Shown: piece by piece, positions 9,446 through 22,457 of the stretch
Position numbering within the stretch: the first letter of the stretch is position 1
How the letters are laid out: every line of letters begins with the position of its first letter
From: Eledone cirrhosa
Lineage: Eukaryota
Assembly (NCBI GenBank): GCA_964016885.1
Contig: OZ024742.1
Span: 44,516,001-44,580,000 of the forward strand
DNA length: 64,000 nucleotides
Reading direction: 5' to 3'
Program-made: the position numbers and the translations under genes
Notes under the pieces: model-generated
Database searches by the model: none
What the model was told of the DNA's origin: nothing
What the model saw: the letters and a program-made list of their open reading frames with translations, nothing else

Positions 9446-12400
9446 TTTTTTTTATGACCATGCTGTAAAATGAGTCAAGTAAGACATCCTCTCTAGTGCT
9501 GGTGGCACAAATAAAAATACTCAGTCCATGCTGTAAAGTGGTGCTGGTGTTAGGAAGGGCATCCAACCAGTGTATCAATGCCAAAACAATTTATCAGCAC
9601 AGCAACAAGTAGATAGGAACAACAAAATATGAAGACATCGCATCTCAGAGTTGCAACACTTAATGTTGGCACTCTCAGAGGTAGATCTGCTGAAATAGCG
9701 GAGATGCTGGAGAGAAGGCATGTAGATGTGTGCTGCGTGCAAGAGGTGAGATGGAGAGGTGCCTCTGTGAGACTAGTCCTAGGCAAACATCTTAGCTATA
9801 AGCTTTTCTGGGTAGGTAAGGATGATGGGTTAGGGGCAGTAGGCAATAGAGGTAGTTCGAGTTAGTAATCGAATAATTAAGCTTAGATTAGTTGTAGGTA
9901 GGAGACTACTGACAATCATCTCTGCCTATGCTCCCCAATCAGGCCTAGGCAAAGAAGAGAAAGACTGCTTTTACGAGCATCTTTTACAAACAACCGCAAT
10001 GACAGAGGACAGAGACATTGTTATGCTAGCAGGGGACTTCAATGGTCATGTTGGACAGCTCCAGGATGGTTACACTGGGGTACGTGGTGGGCACGGTTAC
10101 GGCTCAAGAAATGAAGGAGTGAGACTTCTTGAATTTTGTGATGCAAGTACACTGACTATTTGCAACATTAACTTCCAGAAACCTGCCAACCACCTAATAA
10201 CCTACAAATCTGGCGAGCACATAAGCCAGATTGACTTCTTACTAGTTAGGCAGCGGGACAGGCAGATAGTATCTAATACCAAAACACAAAAGCCTTCCCT
10301 AGTGAGGAATGTACATCCCAACATAGCTTAGTTGTCAGCGACCTCACGGTCAGAACTAGACGAGCCCTGAAACAGAGGCCAACCTGGAGAAGAAAGATCT
10401 GGAAGCTGAAAGTCCCCTCAACCAGTAACAGATTTAAAGATATTTTACTCAACGCCTACGACAGTAAAGAAGAACAGATAGAGACATTTAACGTAGAAGA
10501 GAACTGGGAGTTCCTAAAAAATAACTTACTAGAGGCGACGGATGAGGTTTGTGGCTGGAGTAAGACCTCAAGCAGGAGGAGAGTGACTTGGTGGTGGAAC
10601 AATAAGGTAGATGAAGCAGTCAAGGCCAAGAGACAGGCATGGAAAGAATGGAAGAACGGGGGGAGCAGGGTACATTACATAGAGACCAAGAGGGAAGCTA
10701 GGCGACAAGTATACTTAGCTAGGAGGGAAGCAGAGGATAGAAAATTCAAGCATGTTTTACAACGTGAGGACCAGAAACAGGAGGTATTCAAGATTGCGAG
10801 GCAGTGTGTCAGAGATAGTTGTGATGTCATTGGAGAGAAGTGTATCCGGAATGATAAAGGTGAGCTTGCCCTCACAAGTGCTGAGAAGAAAGATGCATGG
10901 AAGAGTCATTATGATAGATTACTAAATGAGGAGAATGCATGGGAAGAAGAGACCCTACCCCACATAGACCCTATAGAGGGACCAGCAGTACAAGTCAATG
11001 GCAGCGTAGTAAGTAAGGCAATCAGAGATATGAAGATAGGGAAGGCAACCGGTCCATCGGGTATAGCTGCCGAGATGCTGAAGGCATCTGGGTCTGTAGG
11101 TCACACTATAACCACACGTATCGTTAACCAGGTAATACTAGAGGGGGCCATACCAAAAGATTGGTGCAGTAGCATCATTGTCAACTGCTACAAAGGTAAA
11201 GGCGATGCACTAGATAGAGGAAACTATAGAGGTATAAAGTTGATGGACCAGGTCATGAAAGTAACAGAAAGAGTTATAGCACAGCTGATTAGGGACCGGG
11301 TGAATATAGACGAGATGCAATTTGGGTTTGTACCAGGGAAAGGCACCACTGATGCCCTCTTCCTTGTGAGGCAATTACAGGAAAAGTACCTAGCTAAAAG
11401 TAAGCCACTCTACTTGGCATTTGTCGACCTTGAGAAAGCCTTTGACAGAGTTCCACGTGCAGTAATCTGGTGGGCTCTTAGAAAACTAGGAGTAGATGAA
11501 TGGCTTGTGAAAGCGGTACAAGCCATGTATAGGGGAGCAGTCAGCAAAGTTAGGATTGGCAATGAGTATAGCGAGGAATTTAGCGTACAGGTTGGGGTCC
11601 ACCAGGGCTCTGTTCTTAGCCCTCTCCTGTTCATCATAGTCCTGCAGGCAATAACGGAGGAGTTTAAGACCGGATGCCCATGGGAACTCCTGTATGCTGA
11701 TGACCTCGCACTCATAGCTGAATCTATGGTAGAACTAGAGAATAAATTCCAAACCTGGAAGCAGGGACTAGAGAGAAAGGGCCTCAAAGTCAACATGACA
11801 AAGACTAAGGTCCTTATAAGTAGACGAGAAAACAGAACCCAGATCCCCTCAGGGAAATGGCCTTGCTCAGTATGTAGGAAAGGTGTAGGTAGGAACTCCA
11901 TTCTCTGCCCCAAATGCAAACAATGGGTACACAAGAGATGTAGCGGGATCTCAGGAAGCTTAATTAAGAATGTAGGATTCACATGCAGCAGCTGTGCTGA
12001 AACAGCAAGCAAACAGCCACAGGAAACAAGTACCACCAATCTCTGGGAGGGCCCTGTAGAAACGGTAGACAGCTTCTGCTACCTAGGTGACCGAATTAGC
12101 AACGGAGGTGGGTGCTCAGAAAGTACAATAACTAGGGTAAGAACGGGATGGAAGAAGTTTAGGGAACTACTACCACTGCTAGCTGCAAAAGGCTTCTCCC
12201 TCAGAATGAAAGGCAGACTGTATGATGCGTGTATCCGAACAGCGATGTTGCATGGTAGTGAGACCTGGGCGCTGAAGGTGGAAGACTTACGTAGATTAGA
12301 GAGAAACGAAGCCTGCATGCTCCGATGGATGTGTAACAGTAATATACGTGAACGACAAAGCATAAAGGAATTGAGAGAGAGACTGAGCATAAGAGGAATC

Positions 12401-12948
12401 AAATGCTGCGTGCAGGAGAGGCGGTTACGCTGGTATGGACATGTGATGCGTATGAAGGATGACAGCTGCATAAAAAGGTGCAGAGCACTAGAAGTTGATG
12501 GAAACCGCGGAGTGGGGAGACCCAAGATGACTTGGGATGAGGTGATAAAAGCCGACCTTACCCAACTACACCTCTCAAAGTCAATGACACACGACCGTAA
12601 CTTCTGGCGTCACGCAGTAATACAGGGTACCCGACCTCCCATGGGTACATGCTGAAGCATATAAACAATATGCCCCCCCACCGCAAGGTGGTCGTGGAGG
12701 TGCCACGGCAAAAAAGCACCCAGCCCACACTGTAAAGTGGACGTGTAGGCGCCACGAAAAAGCACCCAGCACTCACTGTAAATGAGGTTGGTGTTAGGAA
12801 GGGCATCCAGCTGTAGAAATCAAGCCAGATCAGTTCCTGTATGAGCAAGGCATGGTCAGCCGACCAGACACTGCCCACAACAGGACAACCCGTCTAACCC
12901 ATGCTAGCGTGGAAGAACGGACGTAAAACGGTGATGATGATGATGATG
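9446..12948 (+). mobile_element. Near full-length RTE LINE: APE endonuclease (frameshifted) + RT + PHD-like finger, 3'UTR, (TGA)n tail
   Basis: ATLNVGTL, CVQE, GDFNGHVG, QIDF (APE, ORFs 9629-10331); 690-aa open frame 10583-12655 with DLEKAFD, QGSVLSP, YADD. Confidence 0.95.
10583..12655 (+). pseudogene. RTE LINE reverse transcriptase (uninterrupted C-terminal 690 aa of the disrupted ORF)
   Basis: All RT motifs present; upstream APE part is broken by frameshifts. Confidence 0.9.
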
Positions 12949-15000
12949 ACCAAGGCATACCCTGGGGAAGAATGTACCCCACAGCATAGGTTAGTCGTTA
13001 GTGCTATCTCAGAAAGCAAGAGATGGAATGAGACATACAGGAAGGTGTGGAGAAGAAAGGTCTGGAAGCTAAAAGACCTTTCACTAAAATACAAATTTAG
13101 GAAAGCCCTTCAAGATGTGTATGACAAAAAAGAAGACGATTTAGAGATGTATGACAGATAATAACTGGAATTTCTTACATGACAACTTACTGCAGGCTAC
13201 TGATGAAACTTGTGGCTGGAGCAAAGCTCCAACCAGACAGAGAGTGACTTGGTGGTGGAACAGCACAGTAGATAAGGCCATTAGAGACAAAAGACTAACA
13301 TAGAAGGCTTGGAAAAAGGGTGGGAGTAGGGAAAGATATACAACCACTAAGAAAGAAGCTAGACGTCAGGTGTACTTAGCACGCAGCGAGGCTGAGAGTA
13401 GGAGGTTTGCCAATGTTCTGCGACGGGAAGATCAGAGGCATGCGGTGTTCCACATTGCAAGGCAGTATGTCAATGCAAATCAGGATGTTGTTGGAGATAA
13501 ATGTGTCCTGAATGATGCCGGTGTACTTAGTGTCACGAATGATCAGAAAAAGGAGGCCTGGAAATGTCATTATGAGAGACTGATGAATGTGGAGAACGAA
13601 TGGGAGAGAGAGAAATTACCCTCAGTAGATCCAACAGAGGGACCAGTTATTGAGATTGACGAATATAGGGTCCAAGAGGCGATTAAGGAAATGAAAAATG
13701 GTAAGACTGCTGGACCATCGGAGATAGTTGCTGAGATGCTGAAGGCATCAGGGGACGTAGGCACTAAACTGGTTGCACGCATCATCAATCAGGCTATATA
13801 TGGTGGTGTCATACCCAAAGACTGGTGCAACAGTATTCTCATAAATTGCTACAAAGGTAAAGGGGATGCTCTGGAGAGGAGCAATTATAGGGGTATAAAA
13901 CTGATGGATCAGGTTATGAAAGTGGCAGAAAGGATATTAACACAACTAATTAGAGAAAGGGTCAAACTGCAGTTTGGTTTTGTGTCTGGGAAGTGTACAA
14001 CAGATGCCCTCTTCTTGGTGAGACAATTACAAGAGAATTCTTAGAGAAAAATAAGCCACTATACTTAGCCTTTGTTGACCTAGAAAAGGCCTTTGATAGG
14101 GTACCCCGATCTGTCATCTGGTGGTCCCTAAGGAAACTAGGTGTTGAGGAATGGCGTGTGAGGACAGTGCAAACTTTGTACAGAGGTACTCTCAGTAAAG
14201 TCAGGAATGGAGTTTAGTGAGGAATTCCAGATACAAGTAGGAGTACATCAAGGTTCGATCCTCAGCCCACTCTTGTTCATTATAGTCCTCCAATAACAGA
14301 GGAGTTTAAGACTGGCTGTCCATGGGAACTTCTCTATGCTGACGATCTGGTTCTTATAGCAGACAGTAGAGGAGCTAGAGAATAAATTCTGGCTATGGAA
14401 ACAGCAGTTGGAAGCAAGAGGACTGAGATTAAACATAGCTAAGACAAAAGTGTTGATGAGTAGAAAAGAGGACAAAACTCTGATTCCGTCAGGGAAATGG
14501 CCATGTTCGATATGCAGAAAAGGAACTAGCATAAATTCTATAAAATGCACACAATGCAGATCCTGGGTACACAAGAGATGTAGCGGGATAGCAGGCAAAC
14601 TAACAGGTAGGGAGAAATACGTATGCAGAAGATGTACAGGGAAATTAGACAGTAGAAGTCGCATTGATAGACACATTCTTCAAATGCAGGTGTGTGCTAT
14701 AGAACTGGTGGATAGCTTCCGGTACCTAGGAGATCAGATTAGCATGGGAGGGGGGGGTGTGCCGAGGCCATAGTATCTAGAATAAGGACGGGCTGGAAGA
14801 AGCTTAGGGGGCTGCTTCCTCTGCTGACGAAGAAGGGTTTCTCCCTGCGTATGAAAGGCCGGTTATATGATGCCTGTGTGAGGAGTGCGATGCTGCATAG
14901 TAGTGAGACATGGGCAGCAACTGCAGAGGATATGCAACGGTTGGAGAGAAATGAGGCAAGCATGCTCCGTTGGATGTGCAATGTCAATGTGCGTGAATGT
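12949..15000 (+). mobile_element. Second, more decayed RTE subfamily (APE end to RT), truncated at both ends
   Basis: TKAYPGEECTPQH, WWW, DLEKAFD, WPCSICRK..HKRC fragments with several frameshifts and stops. Confidence 0.9.
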
Positions 15001-15749
15001 CAAAAATGAGTTATATCTGCAATCCAAAGGACCAACCTTTTTGCATAGTTTGTTACACTGAATCTCCCTGATAACTATGTTAAGGGTACATGTGTCTATG
15101 AAATACTCAGTCACTCACACATTAATTTCCATTAGTCGCATCAACTGGAACACTTGTTGTCTGAACCAATGGAGGTTCAACACACATACACACACAGACA
15201 CAAACATGTAAAATTCAAATAAAAAATATAATATAGAAAACTAAACAAAACGAAATCAGTATAAATGCTCAGCCACTTGCATGTTAATTTCATAAGCAGG
15301 CTGTTTGGTTGTTCAAACAACTGGAACACTTGTCATTCGAACTGATAGAGGTCCAACATATACATTGACTCAATAAGACAGAATATTCTGGAATGGAAAG
15401 TATTCATAGACATTTATTGATTAGGATTATCGTTACTTTTATTTTTAAATTTATCATATTCTATTTAATTTTCTTTAAATTTCTCATTACTATTTTATTT
15501 GTTCAATATTTGAAATTTGATAGAAAGCTAGCTGTTAACTTAGATGTTGCATATTTCCTGTTCAAGCTAGAAGTCTTGTTCTTGTTACAGTTGCTGAAGA
15601 ATTTCCTTTTTAAATTCGTATTTTTTTAAGACATAAAATAAGTTGTTGATAATTTCCTCACACACTCACATATGCCCAAGTTTTTTTGTGTTCTTTATAT
15701 TTTTCTACGATTTTTAAAGCACTACTGTAATACATAAGAGAATGCAAAA

Positions 15750-16150
15750 TTAATAATAATGATTTCCTATTTAGGCACAAGGCCAACAATTTTGGGGAGG
15801 GGAAAGTTAATTAAATCAACCCCAGTGCATTACTGGTACTTTATTTTATCAACCCCGTAAAGATGAAAGGCAAAGCTAACCTCGGTGGGATTTGAACTCT
15901 ATACTGCAAAGTATATTGTCTGACACTCTACCCATACTGCCAATCCACTGAATAGTAATAATTGTTTCAACTTTAGTATCAAGATTACCAATGTTGAGGG
16001 AGGGGAAGTCAATTAAATAAACGCATTGCTTGACTGGTCCTTTATTTTATCGACCCCAGAAGGATGAAAGGCAAAGTTACACTTGGCAGGATTTGAACTC
16101 AGAACATAAAAAGCAATAAATGCAGCAAAGTATTTGATATGATGCTGCAA
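15750..16150 (-). mobile_element. Two adjacent Meta-like SINE copies
   Basis: Two runs of gatgaaaggcaaag..ggatttgaactc, each with an (aat)n tail. Confidence 0.75.
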
Positions 16151-16164
16151 GAACAACAATGGTA

Positions 16165-16460
16165 GTAATAGTGCTGGTGCCAGTATAAAATACACCCAGT
16201 ACACCCTGTAAAGTGTTATTATTGGTGGCACAATACTATGTACACAGTCCACTTTGTGAAGTAATAGTGCTGGTGCCAGGAAAAAATGCCCTCGGTAGAC
16301 TCTGTAAAGTGGCTGGTGTTAGGAAGGACAGTTAACTATAGAAATGATGCCTAGTGTGGAACATAAGAGCAAGGCGAAGTTACTCCAACATGCCTAATCT
16401 TGGACTATAACAACCCATCCAACCCATGCCAGCATGGAAAACAGACGTAAAAGTAAGATG
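16165..16460 (+). mobile_element. Non-autonomous RTE-related SINE-like repeat
   Basis: ggtgttaggaagg motif followed by aacccatgccagcatggaaaacagacgtaaaa RTE tail. Confidence 0.65.
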
Positions 16461-16620
16461 TTTCTAATTAGGAACAAGGCCTGCAGTTTAGGGTGAAGGG
16501 AAAGTCAAATATTAAGCCTATTATCTGATTTGTAATTATCATAACTGGGATAATAGACAAGCACACCTATAAAGAGTTTGACATACTAGCTCTAAGGATA
16601 GATATTGACACCTTCTAAAG

Positions 16621-16971
16621 TAGAGGTTCTCAAACTTTTCGCCCCCCCCCCTTACAGCCACATAATACCCTCAGCACCCCCCCAACCCTACTTCCAGAGA
16701 GGCCTGCCTACATGCAAATTGTAAATAATATATAAATAAAATCATTAATTGATATATAATAAATAATATAATATATACTATGATAAATAAATATTACATA
16801 TCTTTTTTATTTTACTATATTTATATGTAATATGTATCATTTGATATTTAATATACTATTATATCCTCTCTACCGCCCCCGCCTCCCTCTACTCCCCCCT
16901 TAGACTCCAGCGCTCCCCTGGACCTTTGCAATGCCCACCAGGGGCAGTATCGCCCACTTTGAGAACCTCTG
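16621..16971. mobile_element. hAT (Charlie-like) MITE
   Basis: TIRs tagaggttctcaaa / tttgagaacctctg; imperfect 8-bp TSD ttctaaag / ttctagaa. Confidence 0.75.
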
Positions 16972-17044
16972 TTCTAGAAAATAAAAATACAATAATCTGT
17001 GAATATCATAAGCACATTCTCACACATTATTTGACAACCTTGTA

Positions 17045-17228
17045 GATTGGCAGTATCAGTAGAGGGTCGGACGCCATGCTTTCCAGCATAGTTACATCCC
17101 TTTACGATCTGAGTTCAAATCCCGCCGAGGTTAACTTTGCCTTTCATCCTTACGAAGGTCGATAAAATAAAGTACCAGTAATGTACTGGGTATTGCTGGC
17201 CTTGTGCCTAAAGTAGAAACAATTATTT
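17045..17228 (+). mobile_element. Meta-like SINE
   Basis: Same A/B box, core and tail as 6253-6438. Confidence 0.8.
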
Positions 17229-17520
17229 GACAACCTTAAATATTTTTATGTATGTTTTCCAAGATATACTTACTGTATATACTTGAATATAACTCTTATG
17301 TTTGAAAAATGGGCAAAAATCCAAACCATGTTTATAAACCATGGCAACTAATCAAAACATTATGGTTAGATGGCACAGTTTTCAAAGTCTTATCAGTGGA
17401 GAATATATTTATGAAGTTTTAATATTTTGATATATAAACTGTTTTAAGTGTGGTTTAGAGAATAGCTTTTGTTTCACAATTCCATCATGTAATCATTTTT
17501 TTACCAATTTCAGACCATTT

Positions 17521-17858
17521 TAATAATAATAATGAAATTATTGTGTACAGTTCTCAGGTGCACTACAACTCATCAAAGGTACATGTATAGTACATAGAAT
17601 AATGTACAAATGTCAGGAAAATGAACAGTGTACGAGTCATAAAATACATGTGTGTGTGTGTGTATGGAGGAGGGACATCAGGTGTAGTGTTGGCGAATCT
17701 CAGGAAGCATGGAGATTTTAAAGGATGCAGTGTCTCGACAGCTAACAACTAATGCAGGTAGTTTGTTCCATGCCTCAGCAACTCTGAGCAGGAAAAAATG
17801 TTTCTGAAAGTCATGGGAGCTGTGCTGTTTTCTGACTTTGTAGGCATGTCCACGTGTG
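17521..17858 (-). mobile_element. CR1/L2-type LINE 3' fragment
   Basis: TRGHAYK..HFF..RV..AWNKLP C-terminal motif; (att)n tail. Confidence 0.8.
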
Positions 17859-17925
17859 GAAGGCAATATTCTTTCAAAACACATTGAAAACAATAGAAAT
17901 TTCACCTCCAAAGTGTAGCTGTTAA

Positions 17926-19763
17926 TATCTCCAAAGTGCAACCAGTATAATATGTATCTCCAAAGTACAACCAGTATAATATGTATCTCCAAAGTACAAC
18001 CAGTATAATATGTATCTCCAAAGTACAACCAGTATAATATGTATCTCCAAAGTACAACCAGTATAATATGTATCTCCAAAGTGCAACCAGTATAATATGT
18101 ATCTCTAAAGTACAACCAGTATAATATGTATCTCTAAAGTACAACCAGTATAATATGTATCTCCAAAGTACAACCAGTATAGTATGTATCTCCAAAGTAC
18201 AACCAGTATAGTATGTATCTCTAAAGTGCAACCAGTATAGTATGTATCTCCAAAGTACAACCAGTATAGTATGTATCTCCAAAGTACAACCAGTATAATA
18301 TGTATCTCCAAAGTACAACCAGTATAGTATGTATCTCCAAAGTACAACCAGTATAGTATGTATCTCTAAAGTGCAACCAGTATAGTATGTATCTCCAAAG
18401 TACAACCAGTATAATATGTATCTCCAAAGTACAACCAGTATAATATGTATCTCCAAAGTACAACCAGTATAATATGTATCTCCAAAGTACAACCAGTATA
18501 ATATGTATCTCCAAAGTACAACCAGTATAATATGTATCTCCAAAGTACAACCAGTATAATATGTATCTCCAAAGTACAACCAGTATAGTATGTATCTCCA
18601 AAGTACAACCAGTATAATATGTATCTCCAAAGTACAACCAGTATAGTATGTATCTCCAAAGTACAACCAGTATAGTATGTATCTCCAAAGTACAACCAGT
18701 ATAGTATGTATCTCCAAAGTACAACCAGTATAGTATGTATCTCCAAAGTACAACCAGTATAGTATGTATCTCCAAAGTGCAACCAGTATAATATGTATCT
18801 CCAAAGTACAACCAGTATAATATGTATCTCTAAAGTACAACCAGTATAATATGTATCTCTAAAGTACAACCAGTATAATATGTATCTCCAAAGTACAACC
18901 AGTATAATATGTATCTCCAAAGTGCAACCAGTATAGTATGTATCTCCAAAGTACAACCAGTATAATATGTATCTCCAAAGTGCAACCAGTATAGTATGTA
19001 TCTCCAAAGTACAACCAGTATAATATGTATCTCTAAAGTACAACCAGTATAATATGTATCTCTAAAGTACAACCAGTATAATATGTATCTCCAAAGTGCA
19101 ACCAGTATAGTATGTATCTCCAAAGTACAACCAGTATAGTATGTATCTCTAAAGTACAACCAGTATAGTATGTATCTCCAAAGTACAACCAGTATAATAT
19201 GTATCTCCAAAGTGCAACCAGTATAGTATGTATCTCCAAAGTACAACCAGTATAGTATGTATCTCCAAAGTACAACCAGTATAGTATGTATCTCCAAAGT
19301 ACAACCAGTATAGTATGTATCTCCAAAGTACAACCAGTATAATATGTATCTCCAAAGTACAACCAGTATAATATGTATCTCTAAAGTACAACCAGTATAA
19401 TATGTATCTCCAAAGTGCAACCAGTATAGTATGTATCTCCAAAGTACAACCAGTATAGTATGTATCTCTAAAGTACAACCAGTATAGTATGTATCTCCAA
19501 AGTACAACCAGTATAATATGTATCTCCAAAGTGCAACCAGTATAGTATGTATCTCTAAAGTACAACCAGTATAATATGTATCTCTAAAGTACAACCAGTA
19601 TAATATGTATCTCTAAAGTACAACCAGTATAGTATGTATCTCTAAAGTACAACCAGTATAATATGTATCTCCAAAGTGCAACCAGTATAATATGTATCTC
19701 CAAAGTACAACCAGTATAATATGTATCTCTAAAGTACAACCAGTATAATATGTATCTCCAAAG
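17926..19763. repeat. Minisatellite, 29-bp unit, about 63 copies
   Basis: tatctc(c/t)aaagt(a/g)caaccagtata(a/g)tatg repeated head to tail with no spacers. Confidence 0.98.
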
Positions 19764-19894
19764 CAAAAAATATTTCAGCATCTAATTTATGTAGAATTTG
19801 AAGTTGGTGAAAATTGGCAAAAGCCAACTTCCCCATTTTACCATCAAATTTTTGTGACATATTTCCTGGCTTATATGCAAGTATATATGGTAAA

Positions 19895-20095
19895 TATTAA
19901 TGATTTATAAATTTGGCACAAGGCCAGCAATTTTGGGGAAGGGGAAGTCAGTTTTTCCTACCTCAGTAATTCTCTGGTACTTCATTTCATTGACTTCAGA
20001 AAGAATGAAAAGCAAAGTTGACCTCGGCAGGTTTGAACTCAGACTTTAAAAAGCTAGAAGTTGTTGTTTATGGTTCTACCACTCTGACCTAATAA
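19895..20095 (-). mobile_element. Meta-like SINE (diverged)
   Basis: ggcacaaggccagcaatttt..gacctcggcaggtttgaactc. Confidence 0.7.
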
Positions 20096-20962
20096 TTAAT
20101 CAATAACAATCATCATTATCATTACTTGACTGCAGTAGTAGGAGTCACAATCTTCTGTCATCCATCACAGCCTATATAATCTGTTGTAGACTTGCAATTA
20201 GGCGGTTAGCTCTGGGCATTGGTAGAATTTGAATCTCTAAATGCAAAGTGGTGGAATCAATACTGCAAGGCATCTCATCTGATACTCTAACACTTCTGTC
20301 AATTCACCTTCATGGATTGATAGTTTATTGATACTAAATGGATAAAAAGTAATGTTTACCTAAGCAGCATGTAAACTCAGAAGACGGTGAGCAGGAACAA
20401 ATCTGCCAGTTTGCTGCATTAATGATTTTGTTAGCTACATGCCTGAAACTGCATCTGGCTCTTTGATAAAATTGTTTATTTTAAAGTATTTATATCTAGA
20501 TTAAAACCTTTCATCATAATTTTATGTATGAACTTTGTTGTGATGTCCTTAACACCAACTTAATGAAAAGGCTATTTTTACTACAACCTTTCAAATTTTT
20601 TTTATTATTTTCGAAATTAATTGAAACATATTTTATGTATTTCATGAGGAATGTAGCTACAAAAAAGTTAATAACAACAATAAAAATAATCATTTCTAAT
20701 ATAAGCACAAAGTCAGCAATTCTGGGGGAGGAGAAAGTCAATTAAATTTAACCCACTATTTCACTAGTACTTTATTGGTAACAAGGGGGCAAAATGCTGG
20801 GGGCATTACAAGGGTGAAATACAAAATTAAAAGAAAGAAAAAGTGGAGAGGGTGCAATCAACACTCAAATCAGTTAATTTTGGTGTTAATAGATTAAAGC
20901 ACTCAGCGACATGTATTAATCACAGTTGTTTTGGTGGCTCAAAGTGAAATATATATACAGAA

Positions 20963-21288
20963 CAGTGAATATTAGCAAAGGCCGTATGAAATTGTGCATA
21001 AATTTATTCAGCTATTATACATATTTTGCTGGGGTTGATGATTAGCTGATATGATTTCCACGTAACCATTGGCTTGAGTTCATCATATGGCTGGCCAGCT
21101 TAATGGCAACTGTCCGCGCATTCATAAAATTTAGAAGTTGCTTGTTCTTATCTCAGATTGCTATCTGATCATCTCGGGCCAACAGTTACGTGGAAATCAC
21201 ACTACATAACCGTAAACCTCAGCGAAATATGTATAACAGCTGAACAAATTTATACACAAATTCATATGGCTTTCACAAATATTTACTG
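20963..21288. mobile_element. Tc1/mariner-pogo-type MITE; same family as 34841-35199
   Basis: Long imperfect TIRs cagtgaatatt..ggccgtatgaaattgtg / cacaaattcatatggc..aatatttactg. Confidence 0.7.
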
Positions 21289-21309
21289 CTCTGTATATAT
21301 ATATATATA

Positions 21310-21962
21310 TCATCATCATCACCTATTTACGTCCGTTCTTCCACGCTAGCATGGGTTAGACGGGTTGTCCTGTTGTGGGCAGTGTCCTGTCGGCTGACCT
21401 TGGCTTACTCATACTGGAACTGATTCTGGTTTAATTTCTACAGCTGGATGCCCTTCCTAACACCAACCTCATTTACAGTGAGTGCTGGGTGCTTTTTTTT
21501 CCCGTGGCACCTACACGACCACTTTACAGTGTGGGGTGGGTGCTTTTTTGCTGTGGCACCTCCAAGACCACTTTGCAGTGGTGGTGGTGGTGGGTGGGGG
21601 GGCATATTATCTATATGCTTCAGGTTCGGCTTGTACCCGAGGGAAGTCGGGTCTTCTGTTTTACTGCGTGACACCAGAGGTATTGGTCGTGCATCATCCC
21701 CTTTGAGCAGTGCAATTGGGTAAGGTCAGCTTTTATCACCTCATCCCAGGTCTTCTTGGGTCTCCCCACTCCATGGCTTCTATTAACTTCTAGTCCTCTG
21801 CACCTTTTTATGCAGCTGTCATCCTTCATACGCATCACATGTCCATACCAACGCAACCTCCTCTCCTGCACACAGCATTTGATTCCTCTTATGCTCAGTC
21901 TCTCTCTCAATTCGTTTATGCTTTGCCGTTTGCATATATTACTATTACACATCCATTGGAGC
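21310..21962 (-). mobile_element. RTE LINE 3' fragment, same subfamily as 9446-12948
   Basis: CCVQERRLRWYGHVMRMKDDSCIKRC identical to the long copy; extended 3'UTR and (cat)n tail. Confidence 0.92.
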
Positions 21963-22457
21963 ATTGTCATCGTTTAATGTCCTTTTCCCATGCTAGCATG
22001 GGTTAGACGAGTTGTCTCATTGTGAGACAGTCAGATTAGGGGACCATGTTTTGCTCACACAGAACTGATTTTGGCTTGGTTTCTACAGCTAGATGTCCTT
22101 CCTAACACCAACCACATTCACAGTGTATAATGACAAACACATACAAAAACAATTAGTCTTATTAATTTTACATTTTGGATGAAAGAGGAAAAAGTCCACT
22201 CTGTCAGACGTTAGTCCTTCATCAAGAGAGTACAATAGTTCAGAGATTAGAAATTATAAAAAGAGGGACATGTGAGTGTGTGTGTTGTTTTTAATATTTT
22301 GTGTATATTAGCATATATATGATGGAGTGGTCTATAAATTGTGATGGTGTGTAAGTGTGACTGTCTGTATTAACATTGTATGTGTGTGTCGTTTGTCTCT
22401 ATGTATCAAATATTCAAGAAATTATTTGTGACAAATATGCAGCTGTTGATTATATAT

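Noticed and set aside
17926-19763. CRISPR-like array or repetitive protein ORFs of up to 312 aa
   Set aside because: Units are contiguous with no unique spacers, there are no cas genes and the context is eukaryotic; the ORFs are a by-product of a stop-poor 29-bp unit.
22195-22230. Relative of the 31279 hammerhead on the minus strand
   Set aside because: The GAAA half is lost (gtctgacag); non-functional remnant.
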